From Pyrinomonadaceae bacterium (GTDB lineage Bacteria; Acidobacteriota; Blastocatellia; Pyrinomonadales; Pyrinomonadaceae), in assembly GCA_046313635.1 (NCBI GenBank), contig JBKBYA010000001.1, positions 927,481 to 991,480 of the forward strand: a stretch of DNA of 64,000 bases, read 5' to 3'. The position numbers were made by a program, and so were the translations under genes. Shown here in pieces: positions 47,318 through 58,853 of the stretch (position 1 is its first letter; every line of letters starts with the position of its first letter). A model generated the notes under the pieces. It searched no databases, was not told the DNA's origin, and was given only the letters and a program-made list of their open reading frames with translations.

Positions 47318-48565
47318 ATGGCAAATCTGGCTATCAACTTTGCAGGAATAAAATCACCCAATCCTTTTTGGCTTGCTTCGGCGCCGCCGACGAATATGGG
47401 CTCGATGATCGAGCGCGCATTCGACGCCGGCTGGGGCGGCGCCGTGTGGAAGACGTTGGGCGAGCCGATCACGAACGTCTCGTCGCGGCTCGCTTCGATC
47501 GATCACGGTGCGATGCGGATGATCGGGCTCAATAACATCGAGCTGATAACCGACCGGCCGCTGGAGGTCAATCTCAAAGAAGTTTACGAGTGCAAAAAGA
47601 AATATCCGAACAATGCCGTCATCGTCTCGCTGATGGTCGAGTCCAAGCGCGAGGCCTGGCATGAGATCGTCAAACGCGCGCAGGACACGGGCTGCGACGG
47701 ATTTGAATTGAACTTCGGCTGCCCGCACGGAATGAGCGAACGCGGGATGGGCTCGGCGATGGGCCAGGTGCCAGAGTACACGTGCATGGTGACCGAGTGG
47801 GTCAAAGAGGTCTCCGAGATCCCGGTCATCGTCAAGCTCACGCCAAACGTCGCGCACATCGGCCCGCCGGGACGCGCCGCGCAGAAGGGCGGCGCCGACG
47901 CGGTCTCTCTGATCAATACGATCAACTCGTTAATGGGCGTCGACATCGACACGCTCGTTCCGTATCCGAACGTCAACGGCAAAGCGGCGCACGGCGGCTA
48001 CTGCGGCCCGGCCGTCAAACCGATCGCTCTGAATATGGTCAGCGAGCTCGCACGCGATCCGGAATTCAACATTCCGATCTCGGGCATCGGCGGCATTTCA
48101 AACTGGCGCGACGCGGTCGAATTCATGCTGCTCGGCGCCGGCACGGTACAGGTCTGCACCGCCGTGATGCACTACGGCTACCGCATCGTCGAAGACATGA
48201 TCGACGGCCTCAACAATTATCTCGACGAGAAGGGATTTGCCACTGTCGGCGAGATCGTCGGCCGTTCGGTCGAACGCGTCACCGACTGGGGCAATCTCGA
48301 CCTCAACTACGACGTCAAGGCTCACGTCAACGAAGAGCACTGCATCCGCTGCAACCTCTGCTACGTCGCCTGCGAGGACGGCGCGCACCAGTCGTTCGAG
48401 TTCGTCGAGTCAAACGGCCACCGCTACCCGCGCGTCATCGAATCGGAGTGCGTCGGCTGCAACCTCTGCTACCTCGTCTGCCCCTCGCCCGGAGCGATCA
48501 CGATGGAACGCCGCGACGACGGCAGCAATCCCCAAACCTGGAAGCAGCGTACAGCTTCTACCTGA
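47318..48565 (+). CDS. preA: Dihydropyrimidine dehydrogenase subunit PreA
   Basis: NPFWLASAPPT, NNIELITDR, ELNFGCPHGMSERGMG, KLTPN, C-terminal 2x[4Fe-4S] motifs. Confidence 0.95.
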   Translation: MANLAINFAGIKSPNPFWLASAPPTNMGSMIERAFDAGWGGAVWKTLGEPITNVSSRLASIDHGAMRMIGLNNIELITDRPLEVNLKEVYECKKKYPNNAVIVSLMVESKREAWHEIVKRAQDTGCDGFELNFGCPHGMSERGMGSAMGQVPEYTCMVTEWVKEVSEIPVIVKLTPNVAHIGPPGRAAQKGGADAVSLINTINSLMGVDIDTLVPYPNVNGKAAHGGYCGPAVKPIALNMVSELARDPEFNIPISGIGGISNWRDAVEFMLLGAGTVQVCTAVMHYGYRIVEDMIDGLNNYLDEKGFATVGEIVGRSVERVTDWGNLDLNYDVKAHVNEEHCIRCNLCYVACEDGAHQSFEFVESNGHRYPRVIESECVGCNLCYLVCPSPGAITMERRDDGSNPQTWKQRTAST

Positions 48566-49630
48566 TCACTCGATACTGCCGTTTTCGATCGAGACCGCGG
48601 CAAGTCTTCCGAGGCCCGAGACGAAATGATCAAATCGGGCAAAGCGAGCGTCCGTCGTAAATCCCCTCGCATAGCGCGCGTAGATCTGCTGTGCGATCAC
48701 CGCGATCTTGAATAGCCCAAAAACATAATAAAAGAGCATGTCGCCCACATCGCGGCCGGCCGCAGCGGAGTACATCTCGACCAATTCCGCTCGCGAGATC
48801 GTTTCGCGCAGCACGCGCGGATTGAACGGCATGTTGAGCATCTCTTCGCCGCCCTCGCGGCCGATCCAGTAACCGAGCGTCGTGCCGAGGTCCATCAGCG
48901 GATCGCCGACGGTCGCCATTTCCCAATCGAGCACGGCGACGACGCGCGTCAGGTCCGCCGGGTCGAGCATCACGTTGTCGAATTTGTGATCGTTGTGAAT
49001 GAGCGCCGCGCCGGACTCGGCGGGAATGTTTGCGTTGAGCCATTCGATCGCGGACTCGAGCTCCGGCCAGTCGTGCGTTTTCGCCGCAAAGTAGCGACGC
49101 GTCCATCCCTCGACCTGGCGGCGGCAGTAGCCGTCTGGATCGCCGAGATCGGCCAGGCCCGCGGCTTCGATATCGAGCGAATGAAGCCGCGCGAGATTCT
49201 GCATCAGACTCTCGCACACTGCACGCTGCAGTCTCGGCGAAGATGCAATCTCCGCGGGAACCTCCGCCCGCAGTATCACGCCGCGCCTTCGCTCCATCAG
49301 ATAAAACTCGGAACCGATGACCGAAATGTCATCGCAAAAGAGCAGAACCTTCGGCGCCGGCGGATAAACCTTCGCGAGCTTTGCGAGCACGCGAAACTCG
49401 CGCTTCATATCGTGCGCCGACCTGACCGTGTTGCCAAAGGGCGGCCGGCGCAGAACGTATTCTTCGCCGTCGACCTTGACGAGATATGTGAGGTTCGAGC
49501 TGCCGCCGCGAAATTGTTCGACCGACAGAGCGCTGTCGAGGTCACCTATGCCGGCGGCGGCCAAATGGTCGCGCACGCGTGAGACGTCGAGATCTTCGCC
49601 TGCTCTCACCGCCGAAGTTTCACGGTTCAT
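48566..49630 (-). CDS. APH-family phosphotransferase (ACAD10/11 kinase-domain-like)
   Basis: [44 protein letters not shown]. Confidence 0.88.
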   Translation of the reverse strand: MNRETSAVRAGEDLDVSRVRDHLAAAGIGDLDSALSVEQFRGGSSNLTYLVKVDGEEYVLRRPPFGNTVRSAHDMKREFRVLAKLAKVYPPAPKVLLFCDDISVIGSEFYLMERRRGVILRAEVPAEIASSPRLQRAVCESLMQNLARLHSLDIEAAGLADLGDPDGYCRRQVEGWTRRYFAAKTHDWPELESAIEWLNANIPAESGAALIHNDHKFDNVMLDPADLTRVVAVLDWEMATVGDPLMDLGTTLGYWIGREGGEEMLNMPFNPRVLRETISRAELVEMYSAAAGRDVGDMLFYYVFGLFKIAVIAQQIYARYARGFTTDARFARFDHFVSGLGRLAAVSIENGSIE

Positions 49631-49668
49631 ATGCGTATGTCGAGGTGTGCTATCTTGGTCGCGAAATT

Positions 49669-50880
49669 ATGGACTTCGATTATTCGGCAAAAACCGTCGA
49701 TCTGCAAAAGCGTCTGTCGGCCTTTATGGACAAGCACGTTTATCCCAATGAGGCACGTTATCAAGAGGAGATCAGCGGCGGTGACCGTTGGCAGCCGCTC
49801 GAGCTGATCGAGGAGCTAAAGCGCCGGGCGCGGGACGCCGGCCTATGGAATCTGTTCCTGCCGTCGATCTCGGGATTATCGAATGTCGAGTACGCGCCGC
49901 TGGCCGAGACGATGGGCCGCGTGGTGTGGGCTTCGGAGGTCTTTAACTGCTCGGCTCCGGACACCGGCAATATGGAAGTGCTCGAAAAGTACGGCACACC
50001 CGAGCAGAAAGAGAAGTGGCTGCGGCCGCTGCTCGACGGCGAGATACGATCGTGCTTTGCGATGACCGAGCCGGATGTCGCGTCGTCGGATGCGACGAAC
50101 ATTCGCGCTTCGATCCGCCGCGACGGGGATTACTACATTCTCAACGGCCGCAAATGGTGGTCGACCGGCGCGGGCGACCGGCGTTGCAAGGTCGCGATAT
50201 TTATGGGCAAAACGGACGAGTCCGCGCCAAAGCATTTGCAGCAGTCGATGATACTCGTGCCGATGGACGCAGACGGCATGACCCTCGAGCGGATGCTCAA
50301 TGTCTTTGGTTACGACGACGCGCCGAATGGTCACGCCGAGATCACGTTTGAGAATGTCCGCGTGCCAAAAGAGAATCTCCTCCTCGGCGAAGGCCGCGGC
50401 TTTGAGATCGCGCAGGGAAGGCTCGGGCCCGGCCGCGTCCATCACTGCATGCGTCTGATCGGCGCTGCCGAACGCGCTCTCGAGGCGATGTGCGAACGTG
50501 CCAGCGGCCGCATCGCCTTTGGCCGGCCGATCGCCGAGCAGGGCGTCGTTCGCGGCTGGATCGCCGAATCGCGCGTCGCCATCGACCAGGCCCGACTGCT
50601 TGTGCTCAAGACAGCCCGGATGATGGACACGTCCGGCAGCAAGGCGGCCCGCAAAGAGATCGCGATGATCAAGGCCGTCGTGCCGCGTATGGCCGAGAGC
50701 GTGATCGACCGCGCGATCCAGGTGCACGGGGGCGGCGGCGTTTCTCAGGACTTTCCGCTCGCACAGGCCTGGGCCTACGCTCGCACGCTCCGCCTGGCCG
50801 ACGGTCCCGACGAGGTTCACCTTGAAACGCTTGCCCGAATAGAGCTGAAACGCACCGCATCCGACGTCGCACGACCTTGA
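49669..50880 (+). CDS. Acyl-CoA dehydrogenase (ACAD10/11 subgroup)
   Basis: [56 protein letters not shown]. Confidence 0.92.
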   Translation: MDFDYSAKTVDLQKRLSAFMDKHVYPNEARYQEEISGGDRWQPLELIEELKRRARDAGLWNLFLPSISGLSNVEYAPLAETMGRVVWASEVFNCSAPDTGNMEVLEKYGTPEQKEKWLRPLLDGEIRSCFAMTEPDVASSDATNIRASIRRDGDYYILNGRKWWSTGAGDRRCKVAIFMGKTDESAPKHLQQSMILVPMDADGMTLERMLNVFGYDDAPNGHAEITFENVRVPKENLLLGEGRGFEIAQGRLGPGRVHHCMRLIGAAERALEAMCERASGRIAFGRPIAEQGVVRGWIAESRVAIDQARLLVLKTARMMDTSGSKAARKEIAMIKAVVPRMAESVIDRAIQVHGGGGVSQDFPLAQAWAYARTLRLADGPDEVHLETLARIELKRTASDVARP

Positions 50881-50960
50881 AACGCTTCAGATTGACCGAG
50901 CCCGGCCTTGCCATTTTGACCAGATCTATTTCAATTTGCGTTTAACAATGCAAAATTGTG

Positions 50961-50990
50961 TTGACACGAGTTGGCCCGCTGCTGTACTTT
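50961..50990 (+). promoter_or_regulatory. Putative sigma70 promoter of the pil operon
   Basis: TTGACA-N18-TACTTT. Confidence 0.5.
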
Positions 50991-51084
50991 GAATCAGTAC
51001 GATCGACTTTGACGATCGTCCACCCGTCGCCACCCGATGCGAAATTTCAATAGCAGGGCTCGTTCCTAGCCTGTAGAAAAAAAT

Positions 51085-51202
51085 CTAAAACGAAATGGGT
51101 CTCAGGCACTGCCTTCAGTCGTCCTAGCAACTTCCGTCCCCGTATTCGCGGTCAATAGTCGGTGGCACAAGATCCTCAAAGTCCTGAGACCATTTCGCTT
51201 AG
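51085..51202 (+). ncRNA. Candidate structured leader RNA upstream of pilM
   Basis: CGAAATGGGTCTCAGG (51091-51106) pairs with CCTGAGACCATTTCG (51183-51197), enclosing ~75 nt. Confidence 0.35.
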
Positions 51203-51267
51203 TTCCCATCCTCGCAAGCTGCACGTATCAAATAAAACAACCGCCCGATAGATAAGGAGTGATAAAC

Positions 51268-52317
51268 ATGCTGTTCGGTAAAAAGAAAAGCGTTGCCGGC
51301 CTGGACATCGGATCGAGCTCGGTCAAGATGGTCGAGCTGGACGGCCGCGGCAACAATCTCAGCCTGGTCGGTCTCGGCAGCGAGAATCTGCCGGCCGACA
51401 CGATCGTCGACGGACAGATCATGGAGATGACGGCCGTTTCAGACGTGATCCAGAATCTGTGTTCGAGTTATCAGATCAAAGCCGATCAGGTCGTTACCGG
51501 CGTCAGCGGGCACTCAGTGATCATCAAGAACATCGTGCTGCCGCCGATGAGCCGTGAGGAGCTCGAAGAGTCTATCGATTGGCACGCCGAAGAACATATC
51601 CCGTTCGACCTCGCCGACGTCAGTCTCGACTATCATGTGACGGCCGAGACGCAGGATGCCACGCACGTCCTTATCGCCGCCTGCAAGCGCGAGCGGATCG
51701 ATAACATTCGCCAGGCGATACAGCTCTCGGGCCGCACGCCGGTCGTGATCGACGTCGATACGTTTGCTCTGCAGAACTGCTACGAGGCCAACTATCAGCC
51801 CGGCCCGAACGACTGCGTCACGCTGCTCAATATCGGCGCGTCGACGATGAACGTGAATATCGTCAAGGGCACGCGCTCGCTCTTTACTCGCGACATCACG
51901 ATCGGCGGCAGCCAGTTCACCGACGTGCTGCAGCGCAATCTGGGCGTCTCGTTCCAGCAGGCCGAGGCGATGAAGCGCGGCGCGGCGGTCGCCGGCGGCG
52001 CCGACGTCAAGGCGATCGAGCCGCTGATGCACAACGTTACCGAGCTGGTCGCGGGCGAGATACAGAAGACATTCGACTTTTACCGCGCGACGGCCGACGA
52101 CGGCGGTGCCGTTGTGAAAAAGATCCTTATTTCCGGCGGCGGTTCCAAGCTTCAGGGTTTTGCGGGCGAGCTGTCGTCGAGGCTCGAACTGCCGGTCGAG
52201 GTTCTCAACCCGTTTCGCAATATCCGCGTCGACGAGCGTAAGTTCGACCCCGAGTACCTGGCCGACATCATGCCCGAAATGGCCGTCGCCGTCGGTCTTG
52301 CGATGAGAGGAGTGTAA
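51268..52317 (+). CDS. pilM: Type IV pilus assembly protein PilM
   Basis: GLDIGSSSVK actin-like motif, EHIPFD, NIGASTMN, ISGGGS, NPF; TAAGGAG RBS. Confidence 0.95.
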   Translation: MLFGKKKSVAGLDIGSSSVKMVELDGRGNNLSLVGLGSENLPADTIVDGQIMEMTAVSDVIQNLCSSYQIKADQVVTGVSGHSVIIKNIVLPPMSREELEESIDWHAEEHIPFDLADVSLDYHVTAETQDATHVLIAACKRERIDNIRQAIQLSGRTPVVIDVDTFALQNCYEANYQPGPNDCVTLLNIGASTMNVNIVKGTRSLFTRDITIGGSQFTDVLQRNLGVSFQQAEAMKRGAAVAGGADVKAIEPLMHNVTELVAGEIQKTFDFYRATADDGGAVVKKILISGGGSKLQGFAGELSSRLELPVEVLNPFRNIRVDERKFDPEYLADIMPEMAVAVGLAMRGV

Positions 52318-52321
52318 CGAG

Positions 52322-53041
52322 ATGATCAAAGTCAACCTTTTGAATTCAGTAACCGACCGACAGGTCTCAGGGGCCGTCGTCGCCGTCGACCGCACGATGT
52401 CGAGTTCGACGACGCGGCTGCTCGTGATGTCGGCTGCGGTCGCATTCCTGCTCGTCGCGGTCGTCGGCTGGGATGTCATCAGCAGCAGCCGGGCCAAGGC
52501 CAAGGCCGAGGCCGACCTGGTCGCGCAGCAGGAGATCGCCAAGACGCTCGAGGCCGTGATGAACGAGCAAAAAGAGCTCGAGGCCAAGATCGCCGGCGTC
52601 GAAGCGCGCATCGCCGCGATCAAAAAGCTCCGCGACGAACAGAAAGGTCCGAGCGCCGTGCTCGAGGCACTGCGTGAGCGCATCTCGATGGTCCCCGGAC
52701 TGTTTCTCGAGAGCGTCGAACAAAAGGGCGAGACCCTCGAGCTCAAGGGCAATTCGCCCGACGAGGCGCAGGTCACGCAGTTTGGCCGCAGCCTGGAGTT
52801 CTCTAACGGCCTCTTTGCAAATCTCAACATCGAGACCAAGCGCGAGGACGTGACCAACAACGCCGTCGCCGTCCAGGCAACGGCCTCCAATCCCGATGCG
52901 GGCAAGATCTCGGTCGTCAAATTTACGATCAAGTGCGCATATGCGCCGGCCAAGGGCAACGCTCCGCAGGGCACCAACCCGACAAACGCCTCGACACCGG
53001 CGCAGCCGCAGGCCGTACAGCCGCAGGCCGCAAAACAGTAG
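52322..53041 (+). CDS. pilN: Type IV pilus assembly protein PilN
   Basis: MIKVNLL N-terminal motif, TM, coiled coil; position after pilM. Confidence 0.88.
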   Translation: MIKVNLLNSVTDRQVSGAVVAVDRTMSSSTTRLLVMSAAVAFLLVAVVGWDVISSSRAKAKAEADLVAQQEIAKTLEAVMNEQKELEAKIAGVEARIAAIKKLRDEQKGPSAVLEALRERISMVPGLFLESVEQKGETLELKGNSPDEAQVTQFGRSLEFSNGLFANLNIETKREDVTNNAVAVQATASNPDAGKISVVKFTIKCAYAPAKGNAPQGTNPTNASTPAQPQAVQPQAAKQ

Positions 53042-53098
53042 CGACCGTTCAGGGCCCTCGGCCATCACCGTCAACCCAAGACGTAAAGGGAAACGACA

Positions 53099-53740
53099 AT
53101 GCTAGAGAAAATCAAGAATCTTAAATGGTACTTTCAGCTGATGATCCTCGTGGGCGTCGCGTCAGTGGTCTACTACGGCGTGTACACCTACGTGACCGGC
53201 CCGACCAGGCAGGAGACCGAGGAGATCAACGCCAAGGTCGCCGATCTGCAGGCGCAGAATGAGAAGGCCCGCGTCGCGACGCAGCGGATCAACGAGTTTC
53301 GAGCGTTGTACGCCACCAAGCAGCAGGAGTACGAGGAGCTCAAGGTCCTGCTGCCTGAGCAGCGCGAGATCACAAACGTACTGCAGGGCCTGCAGGACAC
53401 GGCAAAGAGCAGCCGCCTGACGGTGATGAGGTTCAGCCCGCGTGACGACTCGGTCCAGAACGAGATCACGGCCAAACCGGTCGAGATCGAGGTCGACAGC
53501 AACTTTAACAGCCTGCGCGCCTTCTTTGACAGCATGGCAAAGCTGCCTCGGATCGTCTCGATCACCGACTTTAAGATCAATCAGCTCGACAAGCAGTCGG
53601 CGGACAAGACGCTCCACGCACAATTCCTGCTGACGGCCTACTACGCGACCCCGGAGAATCTGATCCCGAAGCAGCAGCCAAAGCCCGGCACGCCCGGCGC
53701 TCCGGCGGCCGCAGCTCCGGCCGCACCGGCCGCTAAGTAG
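53099..53740 (+). CDS. pilO: Type IV pilus assembly protein PilO
   Basis: TM, coiled coil, LLPEQREI..L, LPRIV motifs. Confidence 0.88.
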   Translation: MLEKIKNLKWYFQLMILVGVASVVYYGVYTYVTGPTRQETEEINAKVADLQAQNEKARVATQRINEFRALYATKQQEYEELKVLLPEQREITNVLQGLQDTAKSSRLTVMRFSPRDDSVQNEITAKPVEIEVDSNFNSLRAFFDSMAKLPRIVSITDFKINQLDKQSADKTLHAQFLLTAYYATPENLIPKQQPKPGTPGAPAAAAPAAPAAK

Positions 53741-53782
53741 TTCGGAGATCCATTTGCGCCTGACCATAGAGAGATCACAGCC

Positions 53783-54526
53783 ATGACCATCAAATCCAAA
53801 GTCAAAAAGATCGTTAGTATCGCGTTCGCCGCCGCCGCGGTCACCGCTGCCGCGGGGACGGCTTCCGAGGCCGCGGCCCAATCGCGAGACCCGTTTGCCA
53901 AGCCGGCCTACGCACGTCCGCGTCCGGTCGGCGGGCCGGTGAAGATCGGCAAAGACGGCAAGCCGCTCCCGGACAACGCGGTCTATATGGTCCCGCCGAT
54001 CGAACAGCGAATAGAGTTTTACAAGCGTATGCGCGAGCAGGCGGCCGCGAGCGGTCAGCCGATCCCGAAGGTCACGAGCGTGCTGACGCTCGACGAAATG
54101 GCCGTGATCGGCATCTTTCGCACGCCGCGCGGTTACGCCGCGATGGTCGAGGCGACGCCGATCAAGCTCTCGTACACGATCTATCCGGGCGAAAAGTTCT
54201 TTGACGGTCAGCTCGTAGCGGTCGAGGAGAATCAGCTTGTGTTTCGCAAGGTGACCAAGACCGGGCCCGGCAAGTTCCTCGCTTCGGTCGAGAACAAACA
54301 GCTTCGCAAGTACACGACGCAGCAGCAGCTGCAGGGCACGGCGCCGAGCCAGCAGACGGCCGAGCAGCCGTCTCAGCCCGCCGGCCAGCCCAGCATGGTC
54401 AAGACGTCGGCACCGGCGGTCATCGTTTCGCCGCTTGACGAGATGAACAGCAAGCCCGAGCAGCCTGCCGACAAAAAGACCGACAAGACGGCCAAGCGTT
54501 CCAAGGTCGCGAGGTCTTTGTACTAG
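53783..54526 (+). CDS. pilP: PilP-like protein
   Basis: Signal peptide, RDPF motif, position between pilO and pilQ; no lipobox Cys seen. Confidence 0.65.
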   Translation: MTIKSKVKKIVSIAFAAAAVTAAAGTASEAAAQSRDPFAKPAYARPRPVGGPVKIGKDGKPLPDNAVYMVPPIEQRIEFYKRMREQAAASGQPIPKVTSVLTLDEMAVIGIFRTPRGYAAMVEATPIKLSYTIYPGEKFFDGQLVAVEENQLVFRKVTKTGPGKFLASVENKQLRKYTTQQQLQGTAPSQQTAEQPSQPAGQPSMVKTSAPAVIVSPLDEMNSKPEQPADKKTDKTAKRSKVARSLY

Positions 54527-54622
54527 ATCGACGTTTCGTCCCACCCTTCTCTCACTAATTTTCTAAGTTCAGTCAGCTCGGTCCTCGCTGCAGAGCGGGA
54601 CCAAACTTGTAACGGAGGAAAC

Positions 54623-56311
54623 ATGAATTCTCTTCAATCCATTCGCGACAACTGCCGCTCGGCCCTAGTCGCAATCTTCCTGATCGGAGCACTCGGAATC
54701 GTCGCCGCGGCCCAGAATGTAGGCAATCAGTCGCAGGGCAAGATGTACGGCGACCCGGGCTTCCGCGGCGAGCCGATCAATCTCAAGGTGGTGAACGCCG
54801 ACGTTCGCGACATCCTGAATTACATCACCGAGCAGTACGGCATCAATTTTGTGATCGACAGCTCGGTCAAGGACGTGCCCGTGACGGTCAATGTCAACGA
54901 CGTTCCGTGGAATATCGCACTCGACTCGGTGCTGCGTGCACAGGGACTCGGCATACAGGTGAATGGGAACATTCTCCGTGTCGCAGACGCCAAGGTGCTG
55001 GCCGCCGAGGGCGCGATCCTTCGCAGCCAGCGTGACACTCAGCTCGACACGCAGCCGCTCTATACCGAATTCATCCGTCTCAACTACGCACAGGCCAAGG
55101 GCGGCTACGTCCGCGGCAGCGAGACGGCCGGCACGACGGTCGAAGGGCCCGTCGTCGGAACGTCTGTCAACCCTTATGCTCCGGCGGCCGTGAGCGGCCC
55201 GTCGGCAGGCGCGGGTGCCTCGGCCGGCGCGGGCGGCGACGATAGTTTGCTGCCGATCATCCAGCGACGCCTCTCGCGCCGCGGCTCGATCGAGGTCGAC
55301 GCGCGTTCAAATTCTCTGATCATCACCGACGTCCGCGAGAATATCGACGCCATCAAGCAGCTCGTCTCGATCCTCGATCAGCCCGAGCCCCAGGTTGAGA
55401 TCGAAGCGCGGATCGTCGTCGCGACACGCAATTTCAGCCGCGATATCGGCATTCAGCTTGCGGCCTTCCTGTCCGGCCCGCGTGGCAGCGGGGCGCAGGG
55501 CGGAACGCTTCCGACAGCGGACACCGGCGGTGTGAACGCACCTCCGGGACTGCCGCTCAACAATCCGCGTAACGACCTCTTTTCGACGATCCCGAATACG
55601 GTCATCGGTCTGACGACGGGCGTCTTCGGCACGGCACAGCTGAGCGCTCTTATCTCGGCGGGCGAGCAGAAGGGACAGGCCAAGATCATCGCCACGCCGC
55701 GTGTGACGGCCCTCAACCTGCAGGAGGCGCAGATCAAGAATTCGACCAAGATACCGATCACCACGATCCAGCTCGGCTCGGGCACCGGCGGTGCACCCGT
55801 CGCGACCGTGCAGTACGTCGACGTTCCGCTGAGCCTTAAGATCCGTCCGCAGATCACGGATGTCGGCACGATCGTGCTCGACGTCACCGCCGAGAACGCC
55901 TCGACCGCTACGGTCGTCGGCGGCGCGGCTCCGGCCATCAACAGTCAGAGCATGTCGACCAAGGTGACCGTGCCCGACGGCGGAACGACCGTTGTCGGCG
56001 GCGTGCTCTTTGACGACGAACGCGAAAATCAGGACCGCACGCCCGGCGTGTCAAAGATCCCGATCTTCGGAAATCTCTTCAAGCGTAAAGGCGTGCAGAG
56101 AAACACGAACGAGATCCTCTTCTTCATCACGCCGCGCATCGCCAAGCCGCTGGCCGACACCTCGGGCGGACAGTCCGGTGTGAGGACGTCGGCAACACTG
56201 CCGCAGCCGGTACCGCTCGGCAATCCGCCGTCCAACTCGGAGCCGAAGTCACCCGTGAGCTCGCCGGTCTCTTCGGATCCGGCCGCCACGCCGACCAAGC
56301 CGCAGCAGTGA
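54623..56311 (+). CDS. pilQ: Type IV pilus secretin PilQ
   Basis: GEPINL..ADVRDIL, VPW..ALD, D.RSNSLII, QVEIEARIV, DGGTTVVGG, PGVSKIPIFGNLFK, FITPRI. Confidence 0.93.
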   Translation: MNSLQSIRDNCRSALVAIFLIGALGIVAAAQNVGNQSQGKMYGDPGFRGEPINLKVVNADVRDILNYITEQYGINFVIDSSVKDVPVTVNVNDVPWNIALDSVLRAQGLGIQVNGNILRVADAKVLAAEGAILRSQRDTQLDTQPLYTEFIRLNYAQAKGGYVRGSETAGTTVEGPVVGTSVNPYAPAAVSGPSAGAGASAGAGGDDSLLPIIQRRLSRRGSIEVDARSNSLIITDVRENIDAIKQLVSILDQPEPQVEIEARIVVATRNFSRDIGIQLAAFLSGPRGSGAQGGTLPTADTGGVNAPPGLPLNNPRNDLFSTIPNTVIGLTTGVFGTAQLSALISAGEQKGQAKIIATPRVTALNLQEAQIKNSTKIPITTIQLGSGTGGAPVATVQYVDVPLSLKIRPQITDVGTIVLDVTAENASTATVVGGAAPAINSQSMSTKVTVPDGGTTVVGGVLFDDERENQDRTPGVSKIPIFGNLFKRKGVQRNTNEILFFITPRIAKPLADTSGGQSGVRTSATLPQPVPLGNPPSNSEPKSPVSSPVSSDPAATPTKPQQ

Positions 56312-56421
56312 CCCGACGCGATCGCCTGTCTCGGGACAGGGCGGCGATCGCACTGCAAAAGGGTCGAGGACCGCAAAAGCGGGCCAAGACCAAAAAAACT
56401 GAGAACACGTTTCCTCTCTTT

Positions 56422-56459
56422 CCCGCCGGATCGGCTTTATGCCTCCGGCGGGCGTTTTT
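56422..56459 (+). terminator. Terminator after pilQ
   Basis: CCCGCCGGA...TCCGGCGGG followed by GTTTTT; a second hairpin lies at 56318-56351. Confidence 0.6.
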
Positions 56460-56539
56460 GCGCCGGTGAGCGCGCTCATCGTTTGATCGCGGTCACAGCG
56501 GCCGCTCGATCCAGACCGAATGCAGGCGGCGTACGGCCG

Positions 56540-58174
<1,635 letters not shown>

Positions 58175-58200
58175 AGAGGTTTGCTCCCGTCGGTGATGTG

Positions 58201-58241
58201 AAAAGAACAATGCGGCCCGACGGTTGGTCGAGGCCGCATTG
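58201..58241 (-). terminator. Terminator-like hairpin between monoheme cytochrome c and the NapC-like gene
   Basis: CAATGCGGCC...GGCCGCATTG followed by TTCTTTT on the minus strand. Confidence 0.55.
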
Positions 58242-58303
58242 AACACAAGGAGGAACCGGCGCTGACATCAGCTCCCGCTCGCGCCCTCAGCGGGTGTGAA
58301 AGA

Positions 58304-58636
58304 TCAATTCGCCGCGGCCCGGATCGTGCTCATATAAGCCGCGAGCTGTTTTGCGACCTCTTCGGTAACACCCTTGTCTTTGTAAGCCGGCATAAAGGGC
58401 GGCTTCTCGCCCTTCTTGCCGTCGAGGATCGCTTTGACGTGGTCGGCCTCGGGTGCCGTCGCGTTAAAATGCTTCTCCGCCTTTTGGCCGTGGCACATCG
58501 CGCACTTTGCCTTGTAGATGGCGGCCGGATCGTCCGGGGCCGCTTGTGCGGCCGGTGCCTGCGGCCTCGAGCCAAAGGCCGCCGCGGCGCCGGCAATAAT
58601 TACGATAAATGCGGTCAATTTCACCCTGTAGATCAT
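58304..58636 (-). CDS. Monoheme class I cytochrome c
   Basis: Signal peptide, CAMCH, axial Met in FMPAY; AGGAG RBS before MIYRV. Confidence 0.88.
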   Translation of the reverse strand: MIYRVKLTAFIVIIAGAAAAFGSRPQAPAAQAAPDDPAAIYKAKCAMCHGQKAEKHFNATAPEADHVKAILDGKKGEKPPFMPAYKDKGVTEEVAKQLAAYMSTIRAAAN

Positions 58637-58853
58637 CTTCTTTTCTCCTAATGGATCGATGGGGCCGGCAATCCCGCCGTTAGCGACACTGCCCGCAAAC
58701 ACCTCTCGCAACGCGTATGCCAGCGCGTCCATTCGCTTGAAACCGCCTTTTTCAAGGGATCTTGATCTGCTCGCGACAAGTGCGGCCGGGAACTGCAAGT
58801 AAATCTCCGCGTCGGCCGCGTGAAAATCAGCGGCCGCCCTTCGCGACCCGCCG

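Noticed and set aside
51054..51083. Hairpin plus A-run as a terminator
   Set aside because: The run is on the wrong side to give a U-tail after the stem on either strand
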